A DNA stretch of 64,000 nucleotides, taken from NCBI GenBank assembly GCA_011321845.1, contig DROQ01000134.1, positions 10,891 to 74,890 of the forward strand. Direction: 5' to 3'. Made by a program: the position numbers and the translations under genes. Every line of letters starts with the position of its first letter. The first letter of the stretch is position 1. A model generated the notes under the pieces. It saw nothing but the letters and a program-made list of their open reading frames with translations. It did not search any database and was not told the origin of the DNA. This document shows, one piece after another, positions 8,946 through 17,834 of this stretch. Source of the stretch: Planctomycetota bacterium (GTDB lineage Bacteria; Planctomycetota; UBA1135; GCA-002748355).

Positions 8946-10826
8946 ATGCTCGGGCAGGCTAGGAGAGGAGGGAGGACCTGGCCCTGGGGCCTGGGGGCGG
9001 CGCTCGTCCTCCTGCTCCTCGCCCTCTGGGTGCACGACCCCCGGGGACTGCACTTCAAGGCCGACGATTTTCCCACGATCGCCTACGCGAGCGAGTTCGG
9101 GCGGGTGCTCCGGGACTTCGCCGGGCCCCAGTACGACCTGAGTTTCTTTGTGTTCCACCGGCCTCTGATCACCCTCTCCCTCTGGGGGGACTTCCAATTC
9201 TTCGGGGTCCAGCCCCTGGGCTTTTTCGTGATGAACCTCCTGGCCTTTTGGATTTCCCTGGTTCTGCTCCAGCGGATCCTCGCCCTCGCGATGGGGGGGG
9301 CCGCCGGGGAGATCGCCGGGTTGGTTCTCGCCCTGCTCTGGCTCTTCCACCCCGTCCCCATCGCTTCCCTGGAGTGGGTGGTGGGGCGGGTGGACACCCA
9401 TGTCGTCCCCTGGATCCTGGCGGCGGTCTATTTCCATCTCCGGGCGCGCAGGGGGGGAGCGGTTTGGCCCGTCTGGCTCTCCGCCGTTCTCGCCCTGCTG
9501 ACCAAGGAGTCCGCCCTGGGCCTTCCCCTGATCCTCCTGGGGGTGGACCTCCTGGACCGGGGGAAGAATGCCCCGAAGCAACCGGGCCTCCCCTCGCTCG
9601 TCTTCCTGGTTCTCATCCCCCTGAACCTCCTCTTTCGTTGGATCTATCTCGGACAACTCCTCGGAGGCTACGGCTTTTTGAAGGCCGCCCGCCTCGACCT
9701 CCCCGCCATGCTCGAGGGTCTTGCCAACACCCTCTCCCTCTCGCTCTTTCCGCGGGAGGTCTCCAGCCCCCTGCTCCAGTGGGGTCTCCCCGCTCTCCTC
9801 GTGGCAGGCCTTCTCCTCTTCTGCCGGCAGGCGGGAAAAGGGGGCTGGCGGCGCCTGGCCGGCATCCTTCTGCTGGGGATGGGGCTCTTCGGACCGCTGG
9901 CCCTGCTGCTGCCTTCGATGCGGGATCCCGCCAACCAGCGCTACGCCTATCTGGCCTGCATGGGACCTTGGCTCGGAGCCCTGGCCCTGCTCCAACTCCC
10001 CGCCCGTGAGGGGTCGCGGCCCAGGACCCTCTCCCCCCTGTTTCTCCTCGCCCTGCTCTGGCTCCTTCCCGCCCAGACGCGGGAGAAGGGCCGAATGGCG
10101 GTGCATGACCGCTTCGTCGCCCAGACCCTGCGCCTCATGGGAGAGGCCGCCCGCATGGAGGCGGGCATTGCGCCGAACCTGCCCCTGGTCCTCTCGGGCC
10201 GGGCCGGGGCGGCCTGCCATCCCCAGCGCTTCCTCTGGGGTCTGGGTTCGATTCAGAAGCCTCCCTTCGTGCGCGCGCCCCAGTTCCAGCGGGAGGTGGT
10301 CAGCCTGCGCGCCCTGCATCCGAGCGCCACCCCCGTCCCCGAGTCTCTCGCCGCCGCCGGCCTCAAGGCCGTGGTCCGGGTCCGGGAGGATGGTGACAGC
10401 CTGCGCCTGGTCCTCCGCCGGGCGCAGAGGGTCCGCGAGGCCCGCCCCCTCGGTTTCACGGGGCGCCTCGATCTCGCGGTACAAAAACGCGCCAAAGCCC
10501 AGGGGGACAGGGGACCGGGTTTCGCCCTTGGGCCCGGGTTCGGGGGAGAGGTGGCCCTCTGCACCAGCCTGGGCTCCTACCTGCTCCGGCTCCCGACGCG
10601 GCCCCGGGAGCGCCTGAGCCTGTGGGAGCTGCTCACCCTTCCCATCCAGTCGGAGGGCGCTCCGCTGCCCGGCCTCTGGATCCTCTGGAACGCCTTCGAT
10701 CTCTGTCCCGAGCAGCCCCTCCAGCTCTTTTGGCGGGAAGGGGGGGAAGTGGTGCACGCCCGCCTTTTTGTTGACCGGGCCTTTACCAAGGGGTTGGCCC
10801 GCGCCATGGAGGGAGCCCGTCGATGA
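8946..10826 (+). CDS. Polytopic membrane protein, putative GT-C-type glycosyltransferase (PMT/TMTC-like N-terminal region)
   Basis: About 11 hydrophobic segments. First loop FKADDFPTIAY...FHRPLITLSLWGDFQFFGVQPLGFFVMNLL resembles the PMT_2/TMTC-type acidic-loop region. Starts 3 nt after the upstream stop (TGAGGCATG). Confidence 0.65.
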   Translation: MLGQARRGGRTWPWGLGAALVLLLLALWVHDPRGLHFKADDFPTIAYASEFGRVLRDFAGPQYDLSFFVFHRPLITLSLWGDFQFFGVQPLGFFVMNLLAFWISLVLLQRILALAMGGAAGEIAGLVLALLWLFHPVPIASLEWVVGRVDTHVVPWILAAVYFHLRARRGGAVWPVWLSAVLALLTKESALGLPLILLGVDLLDRGKNAPKQPGLPSLVFLVLIPLNLLFRWIYLGQLLGGYGFLKAARLDLPAMLEGLANTLSLSLFPREVSSPLLQWGLPALLVAGLLLFCRQAGKGGWRRLAGILLLGMGLFGPLALLLPSMRDPANQRYAYLACMGPWLGALALLQLPAREGSRPRTLSPLFLLALLWLLPAQTREKGRMAVHDRFVAQTLRLMGEAARMEAGIAPNLPLVLSGRAGAACHPQRFLWGLGSIQKPPFVRAPQFQREVVSLRALHPSATPVPESLAAAGLKAVVRVREDGDSLRLVLRRAQRVREARPLGFTGRLDLAVQKRAKAQGDRGPGFALGPGFGGEVALCTSLGSYLLRLPTRPRERLSLWELLTLPIQSEGAPLPGLWILWNAFDLCPEQPLQLFWREGGEVVHARLFVDRAFTKGLARAMEGARR

Positions 10827-12619
10827 AGCGGCCCAGGACCTGGACCCTCCTGGTGGGGCTCATGGGCTCCGGCCTGGGAGCGGCATCCCCTTTTTCGCAG
10901 GGAGCGCCCCCCGCCCTCGAGTTCGTCAGGATGCAGCGCAGGCAGTGGGGGAGTTCTGAAATAAGGGTCCTGAGGCGGCGGGGGAGGATCGTCGGGGTGG
11001 TCCTCCAAAAGGCGCCCCCCTCCCTCGAGGGGATCGAGTTGCCCTTCGCCTTTCCTTTTCCGACTTCCTGCGAGCGGATCGAGGTCTGGGAGCCTCCCGG
11101 AGGCAAGGGCCTGGTCCTTTTCGAGGCCGGGGTGCGGGAGGACCTCTGGGTGCATGTGATCCGTCGCTGGGGGGAGTCCTTCCACGGCTACAGCTTGAAG
11201 GTCCCGGGCGGGCGCCTTCCGCCTCTGCGCTTTGCTCCCATCATGGACCTTGCGGGGGAGACTCTGAGTTTCCTTTACGAGGACCGAGGGGGGATCCACT
11301 TCGAGGTGCACTCCTTTACGGCGCGGGCCCTGCCGGTTCTTTTCAGCAGGACTCTCGCTTCCCTTCCCACCCGGGTCCAGCTTCAGACGGTTTTGCACGA
11401 TCCTTGGATCGAGGTGCGTGTGGATGGCGCGAGGTGGAAGGGACCCGGGGAGCGGGTCTTCCGCGAGGGCTCCTTCCGGGAGGATCGCTTCCTTCACCCG
11501 CTCGCGGCCTTTCCCATTCCCTCGGTCCCCCTGCTGGACCTGGGAGGCATCCCCGAGAAGGGGGAAAAAACCGCGCAATTCTTTTTGAAAAACCCCGGGC
11601 GCCTGCCTCTGCCCCTGCAATGGTCCTTTTCCAAGAAAAGCGGCTGGAAACTCAGGATCCGTCCCCAGGCGGGGACCCTCAAGCCGGGGGAGAAGCGCGC
11701 CTTTACCCTCAGGGTCCAGGATGGGGGGCCGGGCGGGAGCCCGACCCTTTCCCTGGGCCTGATTGCCCGAAGCCCCAGCGGGGGAGGGGATCCTCTCGTG
11801 GAAATCCCCCTGCGGGGCCGGCGGAGCGCGGTCCCCGACCAGACTCCCCCGGAGCTGCGCCCGGAGCGGATCCGGCTGCGGTTCGCGCCGGAGATGCGCA
11901 TCCTTGTGGAGGGCCTGCCGGGAGCGGTCCGTGACAGCCATCCCCCGATCCGCTTGGGAGGACCGGGGGGCAAGGAGGCCCTGGCCTCCGAGGACGGGGC
12001 CTTCCGTCTCCTTGTTCCGCGGACACCTGGGGGGAAGGTCCTGCTCTGGACCCAGGACGCCCTCGGCAACCGCGGCCGCCCGATTTCCGTGGGCCGGCTC
12101 GAGGACCGGGAGCCGCCCAAGTGGGATCCGTCCAGGATCCGACTGAGCCTTCCCGTAAACGGCAAGGTGCAGCTCCTGGGCGCTCCTGGCGCACTCCGGG
12201 ATGACACCCCTCCCCTGGAACTCGAGGTCGAGATCGACGGGAAAACCCTCCCCAAATCCTTTCCCGTTCGCCGGGATGGATCCTTCCGGCTGCGCCTCGC
12301 GGCTCGGCCCGGGCAGCGCATCCTCCTGGTTGCTCGGGACAGTTCCGTTCCCTCCAGGCGCTCGCTCAAGCTGCCGGTGGGGATCGTCCTCCCCTATCTC
12401 GAGCGAAGCAGTTCCAAGGAGGCCTTGCTCCACGGTCCCCCCTTTGCTCCCTTCGAGCTGATCTTTCGGGCGGGCAAGACCCCTCTATCCAAGCGGAGGG
12501 GACGCTTGGACTCCAAGGGCAGAGCCAGTTTCGCCCTCCACCAAAAACTCTGGAGGGTCGAGCGGGTCCGCGTCCAGGACCCCGCCTCGGAGCGCTGGTA
12601 TGAGCTGCAATGGAAATAG
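10823..12619 (+). CDS. Secreted hypothetical protein with Ig-like repeats
   Basis: ATGA overlap with the upstream gene. Signal peptide MKRPRTWTLLVGLMGSGLGAASPFSQG. Internal ~90-aa duplication (DQTPPELRPERIRLRF...DGAFRLLV... and DREPPKWDPSRIRLSL...DGSFRLRL...). Confidence 0.7.
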   Translation: MKRPRTWTLLVGLMGSGLGAASPFSQGAPPALEFVRMQRRQWGSSEIRVLRRRGRIVGVVLQKAPPSLEGIELPFAFPFPTSCERIEVWEPPGGKGLVLFEAGVREDLWVHVIRRWGESFHGYSLKVPGGRLPPLRFAPIMDLAGETLSFLYEDRGGIHFEVHSFTARALPVLFSRTLASLPTRVQLQTVLHDPWIEVRVDGARWKGPGERVFREGSFREDRFLHPLAAFPIPSVPLLDLGGIPEKGEKTAQFFLKNPGRLPLPLQWSFSKKSGWKLRIRPQAGTLKPGEKRAFTLRVQDGGPGGSPTLSLGLIARSPSGGGDPLVEIPLRGRRSAVPDQTPPELRPERIRLRFAPEMRILVEGLPGAVRDSHPPIRLGGPGGKEALASEDGAFRLLVPRTPGGKVLLWTQDALGNRGRPISVGRLEDREPPKWDPSRIRLSLPVNGKVQLLGAPGALRDDTPPLELEVEIDGKTLPKSFPVRRDGSFRLRLAARPGQRILLVARDSSVPSRRSLKLPVGIVLPYLERSSSKEALLHGPPFAPFELIFRAGKTPLSKRRGRLDSKGRASFALHQKLWRVERVRVQDPASERWYELQWK

Positions 12620-12720
12620 CCGCTCCCCGAGGGTGGGAGCGGCGAGGAGCTTCGGGGGCCTGGCCCGAGTTCGGCCCCGACCGAGGATCTGGGAACCGGA
12701 ACGCAATGGCTCCGATAGGC

Positions 12721-14139
12721 TCAGAACCATAGTGGCATGAGGATGGGAGAGGGCCGGATGTCTCCCTCCTGATCCCCGAGCCGGATCGGGTTTCCCTTGT
12801 CGTCCACCCAGACGCCCTTTTTGTTGGGGAAGCCCCGCCATGCCAGGTATTTTTGCTTTTGGGCTCCGGTCAAGGGCTTTCCGTTTCGGAGGATGCGCAC
12901 CCTGTCGTCCAGGATGGTGTTGGTTCCATCCCTGTTTTTCCCGTCCACGGGGACGATGAACTGGACGATCCCCATTCCACCCAGGCCGCCCAAGTTCCCG
13001 GCCATCGACCGGCTGGGAGGGAAGGCGTATTTTTTGGAAAAGGGCTCCGAAGAGGTTTTCCCCAAACCGGAGACCCCGCCATCCGCGCTCACCGAGAAGG
13101 AATTGTCCTTTTCACCATAGGTCCCGCCATGCACATGGAGGTCAATGCCCTTTCTCGAGGCGAGGATGACCATTCCCCCTGATCCTCCTCCTCCGGCGCC
13201 TCCCCATTGGCTGCTTCCCCCGGGTTCGCCCCCACCCCCGTCTCCACCGTTGGCGCTGATCTGCCCCTTGGGACCGACGATGATCTTGCCGAGGGCGTAG
13301 ACGAGGACTGCACCTCCTCCTCCGCCCCCTCCGGCGCCCTTTTCGTCGAGACGGAAGTTCGGGCGATAGTAGCGGTCGCCCCCGCCTCCTCCTCCGCTCC
13401 CTCCAAAGGGTCGGAGGATTTCCCCGTGGATGAGCCGCTTTTGATGGACATCCACCGCCCATCCCCAGAAATCGTTGTCCTTGCGACGATCGAAGAGGAG
13501 GAGAGAGCCGGGGGCTCCTCCCAAGACCTTGCTTCGGCCCTGGCCAAAACCCCCAAAGCCGATCTGTTGGACATTGCGGAGCGTTTTGGGATCAAAGCGG
13601 AGGGGGAAATAGGGGTCTCCCTTGGTGGAGAAGCTCCCACCACCCCCTCCCGCGCCGGAGATCCCGCCCGTGGTGTTGGCCAATCCTCCCACCCCGCCCA
13701 GTCCGAGGATCCCGAAGGGGCCGAAGCCCATTTCGCCTCCAGGGCTGTGTCCGGTGGAGTTGGGGGATCCCCGCCCTCCCGCGCCCCCGGCGGGTCCGGG
13801 CTTACCCCCGGGAGAGGGGAAGTTGGCGGAGTTCAAAGTGTCTACGTTGGGTGCGTTCTGTCCATCGCCATCCAGCCGCCCGTTTACGACCAGGTCACCG
13901 AGGGAGACCAGGATCAGGGGGTTGGGGCCTTCGGCGTGGACGCGGATTCCCTGGTCGATTTGGACTCTGTTGAAAACAAAGATCCCCCCTTTGAACACCT
14001 TGGATCCAATCTTTTGGCTGGCGGTGTTCAGCACCAGGCTTTTTTTGGGCTGGAAAACGGTCTGGGCTTGGAGCCCAGGGGCGCCGAGCAAAGCGAGCAG
14101 AAGGGACGAGGGAAGAAAGGGGAAGCGGGTGGATTCCAT
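12721..14139 (-). CDS. Secreted glycine-rich protein (predicted beta-solenoid)
   Basis: AGGAGG sits 6 nt before the ATG at 14139. Signal peptide MESTRFPFLPSSLLLALLGAPGLQAQ. Gly runs GGGGGGG alternate with short beta-like segments (AVLVYALGKIIVGPKGQISANGGDGGGG, GGMVILASRKGIDLHV). Confidence 0.8.
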   Translation of the reverse strand: MESTRFPFLPSSLLLALLGAPGLQAQTVFQPKKSLVLNTASQKIGSKVFKGGIFVFNRVQIDQGIRVHAEGPNPLILVSLGDLVVNGRLDGDGQNAPNVDTLNSANFPSPGGKPGPAGGAGGRGSPNSTGHSPGGEMGFGPFGILGLGGVGGLANTTGGISGAGGGGGSFSTKGDPYFPLRFDPKTLRNVQQIGFGGFGQGRSKVLGGAPGSLLLFDRRKDNDFWGWAVDVHQKRLIHGEILRPFGGSGGGGGGDRYYRPNFRLDEKGAGGGGGGGAVLVYALGKIIVGPKGQISANGGDGGGGEPGGSSQWGGAGGGGSGGMVILASRKGIDLHVHGGTYGEKDNSFSVSADGGVSGLGKTSSEPFSKKYAFPPSRSMAGNLGGLGGMGIVQFIVPVDGKNRDGTNTILDDRVRILRNGKPLTGAQKQKYLAWRGFPNKKGVWVDDKGNPIRLGDQEGDIRPSPILMPLWF

Positions 14140-14266
14140 TGCTGTCCTCCTGGAAAAGGAAAAGGGGGCTGTCCAGGAAGAAATAGGCGCGAAGGGGAGC
14201 CCGCGTAATGCGTCCTACTTGCAAATCATTGTTTTTTTGGTGGGAGGAATCGCTTCCCCCCTCGGG

Positions 14267-14683
14267 CTAGGTCGCGCCCGGGGTCTGGTTGAGCGAGGTG
14301 AAGTGGGAGGTCACCACGCGCCAGTCTTTGCCGGGGAAGAGGACGAGGGCCATGCTGAGATGGCCGCCGGTCTCGACCTCGTGGCCAGTGGGATCCACCT
14401 GGAGCAGGTTCCACTCGAGGACGACCGAAGAGAAGCGATCCTCGAAGACCTGGATCCTGGGGTTCTTGAAGGAGAGCTTGACGTTGTCGAGGTAGCGGAA
14501 TTCCTGATCGAGGGCTTCCTCAAAGGCTCCCCATCCCTGGTCCAGGCGACCCGAGTGGTCGATGTGCAGGAATTTGGGGTTCGTCCAGAAGTACGACCGA
14601 AAGGTCTTGAGATCCTGGCTGTTAAAGGCTTGGCGGATCTCACGGAGTCGGTCTTCGATGGCTTTGATCGTTCCTGAGCTCAT
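14267..14683 (-). CDS. NTF2-fold protein (SnoaL/DUF4440-like)
   Basis: Its length and the pattern IKAIEDRLREIRQAFNSQDLKTFRSYF...VVLEWNLLQVDPTGHEVETGGHLSMALV..DWRVVTSHFT are typical of NTF2-like proteins. I preferred the ATG at 14683 to the GTG at 14692. Confidence 0.65.
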   Translation of the reverse strand: MSSGTIKAIEDRLREIRQAFNSQDLKTFRSYFWTNPKFLHIDHSGRLDQGWGAFEEALDQEFRYLDNVKLSFKNPRIQVFEDRFSSVVLEWNLLQVDPTGHEVETGGHLSMALVLFPGKDWRVVTSHFTSLNQTPGAT

Positions 14684-14828
14684 GGTCCTCACAGATGCTC
14701 ATGGTCTCGGTCGGAGGAGATCCCTCCGGCCACGAATGGACGAAATCCGAATGACTGGTCCCCAGAGGGCTTTCTTCCCGAGAGCCGCAGCCTGGAGCCA
14801 CTCAATCGAAACGGTTGATAAGGGCGAT

Positions 14829-16160
14829 CTAGTGGTTTTTCAAACCTTTGTAGAAAGGCTCCTTTTCCTTTTCGTATCGAATCTTACCGAGGACGATGGC
14901 GGTCTCAACGAAGGATTTGTAAGAGAGAGGGTCCCCGTCCAGGATCAGGATGTCCGCGTCCTTGCCGACCTCCAGGGAGCCGATCCGGTCGTCCACTCCC
15001 AGGATCTTGGCGGCTTGGAGGGTGATGGTGGAGAGGGCCTTCTCATTGTCCATTCCGCCACGGACGGCGAAGCAGGCATCCATGAAGGGGGTGTTCAGAT
15101 CCCGGCCCAGGAGGCCCCCGAGGCCCATTCCGTTTCCGCCGAACCGCCCGGGGGGAGGAGTGACGGTCAAAGGAACCCCAGCCTTGGCCAGGATGTAGGG
15201 GCCTTGGATGTTGGAGCCGTTCTCTTCGATGCGAGTGGGGTCGGGCTCCACGTGGACTCGGGGCTGAAGAATACAGGAGGAGTGGGTGGCGGCGATTTCA
15301 TCGGGGATGATCCAGGCCTCGACGGGTCCATTGAGGACGATGCCTTTGCCAAGGAGTTTGGCGAGCCTCAAGGCTTCGCGGATCTGGGACACGGTCCGCG
15401 CTCCGGAAATGAGGAGTTTGGCCTTGCCTTCGAGGATGGGGAGGAGGGCGAGGCTGGCCTTGTCCGCCTTGGGGGCCTTGACCTTGGTGTCCCCGGCGAC
15501 TTTTTTCGCTTCATAGGCCGCTTTCTCCTTCTGGTACTTCCGGGTTTTTTCCAGGGCTTCTCTCAGCTTTTTCCAGGCGGAGGGGGAGGAGGGAACAGAC
15601 ATGGATTTCAATGTTCCCGCCTTGACGAGGATCTCGTCCAGCTCCCTGGGGATCAGCCTGAGGACTGCGGAATTGCCCGAAGGGAGGGTCCCCCCACGGG
15701 CGGGCATGTAGAGGTAACTGGTGATTCCGACCGCGATCGCCCTCCGGATCGTCTGGTCAAAGGGGTTGTAGTAGTCCTGAAAATCCTTGGACGGCCTGCC
15801 TCGCAGTCCCAAGGCAGGGGCCTGGACCATGATGAAGCCGGGGGAAATGTGCTTGTCCTTGGCGTCGAGGATCTTGCACCCCTTGGGGAGGTCCAGATGG
15901 AAACCGAAGGCTTTGATCTTGCCGTCCTCGACCAGAAGGGTGGCGTCCCGAACCACCTTGCCGTCTCCGATGTGGAAGGTTCCTCCCTGGATGGCCAGGG
16001 GCCGGGTTTTGGCCTTCTTGGCGGTTTTTTTCGCCGGAGCCTTGGGGGTGCTGGGTGGGGCGGCCTTTTTACTCCGCCGGCTCGAAGGACGAGTCTGGGA
16101 AGAAGCCCCGAGAGCGAGCATCCCAGTGGCGAGGGCGATCATTGCGTAGCTGCGTTTCAT
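14829..16160 (-). CDS. Secreted amidohydrolase-fold protein, module 9 (HxH motif absent)
   Basis: Signal peptide MKRSYAMIALATGMLALGASSQ from the ATG at 16160. N-terminal LLVEDGKIKAFG...ILDAKDKHISPGFIMVQAP, where HxH would be expected. C-terminal DDRIGSLEVGKDADILILDGDPLS. Confidence 0.75.
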   Translation of the reverse strand: MKRSYAMIALATGMLALGASSQTRPSSRRSKKAAPPSTPKAPAKKTAKKAKTRPLAIQGGTFHIGDGKVVRDATLLVEDGKIKAFGFHLDLPKGCKILDAKDKHISPGFIMVQAPALGLRGRPSKDFQDYYNPFDQTIRRAIAVGITSYLYMPARGGTLPSGNSAVLRLIPRELDEILVKAGTLKSMSVPSSPSAWKKLREALEKTRKYQKEKAAYEAKKVAGDTKVKAPKADKASLALLPILEGKAKLLISGARTVSQIREALRLAKLLGKGIVLNGPVEAWIIPDEIAATHSSCILQPRVHVEPDPTRIEENGSNIQGPYILAKAGVPLTVTPPPGRFGGNGMGLGGLLGRDLNTPFMDACFAVRGGMDNEKALSTITLQAAKILGVDDRIGSLEVGKDADILILDGDPLSYKSFVETAIVLGKIRYEKEKEPFYKGLKNH

Positions 16161-16209
16161 TTCAGTCTTGGTCCTGGTTTGTTCCTTCCATGTTTCGGGC
16201 TTGAAATGC

Positions 16210-17778
16210 CTAGTCCTGGTCTTGGTCCGAGGGGAGGGGGTGGACCCTGCGCCCTTCGAAGTAAATGGCCTCGAGTCTGGTCGCCGGGCCAAAGGGGGTC
16301 CCCACCAGGTGGATCAAGTTGGCGGCCCTGCCTTTTTGGATGAAACCCAACTCCTTGTCGACTCCCAGTGACTTGGCGACTTCACCGGTGCAGAGGGAGA
16401 CGAGCTTGGCCAAGGAGATGCCGGCCTGGCGGAAGCGACTCATCCGGAAGGAGAGGCTCGCCAGGGAAGCGGCGTTGTCTCCGGGAACCAGGGCGAGGGG
16501 GACGCCTGCGTCGAGGAGGCGCTTGGCCGGGCAGATGAACCATTGGGTGTCCTCGGCGAAGGCCAGCTGCACGGGGAGGACCACGCGAGCCTTGTACTTC
16601 TTGAGGAGGGGGATGACCTGGTCCAGGGTCTCCCGGGAGAGGCGCGAGTACTTTTGGACCACGGTCAAAGAGATTTTGTAGGTTTCCAGGTAGGAGGAGA
16701 GGGCTCTCAAGCCTTGGAGCAACTCTCCCAGGCCGCCGACCTGGAGGACGAGGGGACGTTTGCCCTCGAGGACTTCTGCGAGGACGACCAGCTTGGGGTC
16801 CTCCTTGGGGGCGGCCTTTTTCTTGGGGGCCGGTTTGGGGGCAGTCTTTTGGGCCGGCTTGGTCCTTGGCTTTTGGGGGGCGGGTTTCGGAGCCGGTTTC
16901 GGGCTTGGTTTGGGACTCGGCTTGGGGCTCGGCTTGGGGCTCGGCTTGGGAACAGGCTTTGGGGTCGGCTTGGGATGGGATCCCTTTCCCTTGCTCGGCG
17001 TCCCTTTGCTCGGGGAGGAAGCCTTGGAAGGGCCGGCTGTTTTGCCTTTTTTGGGGGCAGCCGCCTTCTTGCGGGCTTTGAGGAGTTGGACGGCTTTGTC
17101 GAAGTTCGTTTGGATCGCTTTTTGGGCATTGGAGCCGTAGCCCATGCGGAGCCAGAGGAAGAGCCCGTCTTTGAGCACCCATTTCTTGGGATCGCCGATC
17201 CCGATGCGCAGAACGGATTCTTGCCCAACGATTCCCGTGCGCGAGGGATGGACAGCCACGGTGGTGACGCCTCCCCGGAGGAGGTCTCTCCAGAGGGTGT
17301 TGTTGGGGTTCACCATGGAGCTGGCTTTGGCGGTGGGGTTGAAGGCAAAGCTCCCCGAACTACGGGCGGAGGGTTGGGGCATGCGCCGCCTGCGCCGCCT
17401 GTGGGGGTTGGGTCTGCCTGGCCGTTTCAGCTGGGGCGCCGTGGAGGCGGGGAGGGCAGCGTGGACGAGGCCGGGGATCAAGGCTCCACCTTCGACTCGT
17501 TTCATCGAGGGAGGGATGCGAAGTTTCGCGCCCATGTCCAGGATCTTGCCCTTGCGGACCAGGACCGTCTGGTTCCTGAGGACCTTGCCGCTTCCGTCAT
17601 AGACATCGACGTGGAGGAAGGCGATGTCCTCCGCCTTCTTGTCGAGGACCTTCTCGGCCGGGGTTCGTTTGTCCTTTTGGTCTTCGTCTGCGCGCGTTTT
17701 CGCTCCCAGCCTGGGAGCGAGACTCCCGAGGAGGAGGAGTCCCGTGAGGAGGGAGAGCGTTCGTTTCTTGGTCGACAT
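16210..17778 (-). CDS. Secreted amidohydrolase-fold protein, module 8 (HxH absent), with a long Lys/Pro linker
   Basis: Signal peptide MSTKKRTLSLLTGLLLLGSLA from the ATG at 17778. GALIPGLVHAALPAS in place of HxH. PKPTPKPVPKPSPKPSPKPSPKPSPKPAPKPAP linker. Degenerate C-terminal DKELGFIQKGRAANLIHLVG. Confidence 0.7.
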   Translation of the reverse strand: MSTKKRTLSLLTGLLLLGSLAPRLGAKTRADEDQKDKRTPAEKVLDKKAEDIAFLHVDVYDGSGKVLRNQTVLVRKGKILDMGAKLRIPPSMKRVEGGALIPGLVHAALPASTAPQLKRPGRPNPHRRRRRRMPQPSARSSGSFAFNPTAKASSMVNPNNTLWRDLLRGGVTTVAVHPSRTGIVGQESVLRIGIGDPKKWVLKDGLFLWLRMGYGSNAQKAIQTNFDKAVQLLKARKKAAAPKKGKTAGPSKASSPSKGTPSKGKGSHPKPTPKPVPKPSPKPSPKPSPKPSPKPAPKPAPQKPRTKPAQKTAPKPAPKKKAAPKEDPKLVVLAEVLEGKRPLVLQVGGLGELLQGLRALSSYLETYKISLTVVQKYSRLSRETLDQVIPLLKKYKARVVLPVQLAFAEDTQWFICPAKRLLDAGVPLALVPGDNAASLASLSFRMSRFRQAGISLAKLVSLCTGEVAKSLGVDKELGFIQKGRAANLIHLVGTPFGPATRLEAIYFEGRRVHPLPSDQDQD

Positions 17779-17834
17779 GATCTGTACGCCTTTACTTGCT
17801 TTTGGATCTCTTGCTTGCATCACCCGCATCCGGG

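Noticed and set aside
12620-12680. Two GC-rich hairpins (CCGCTCCC-N7-GGGAGCGG and GGGGCC-N12-GGCCCC) between convergent genes, considered as terminators
   Set aside because: Neither has a U-run on either strand, so I did not list them as intrinsic terminators. They may still act as a bidirectional transcription or RNA-stability element.
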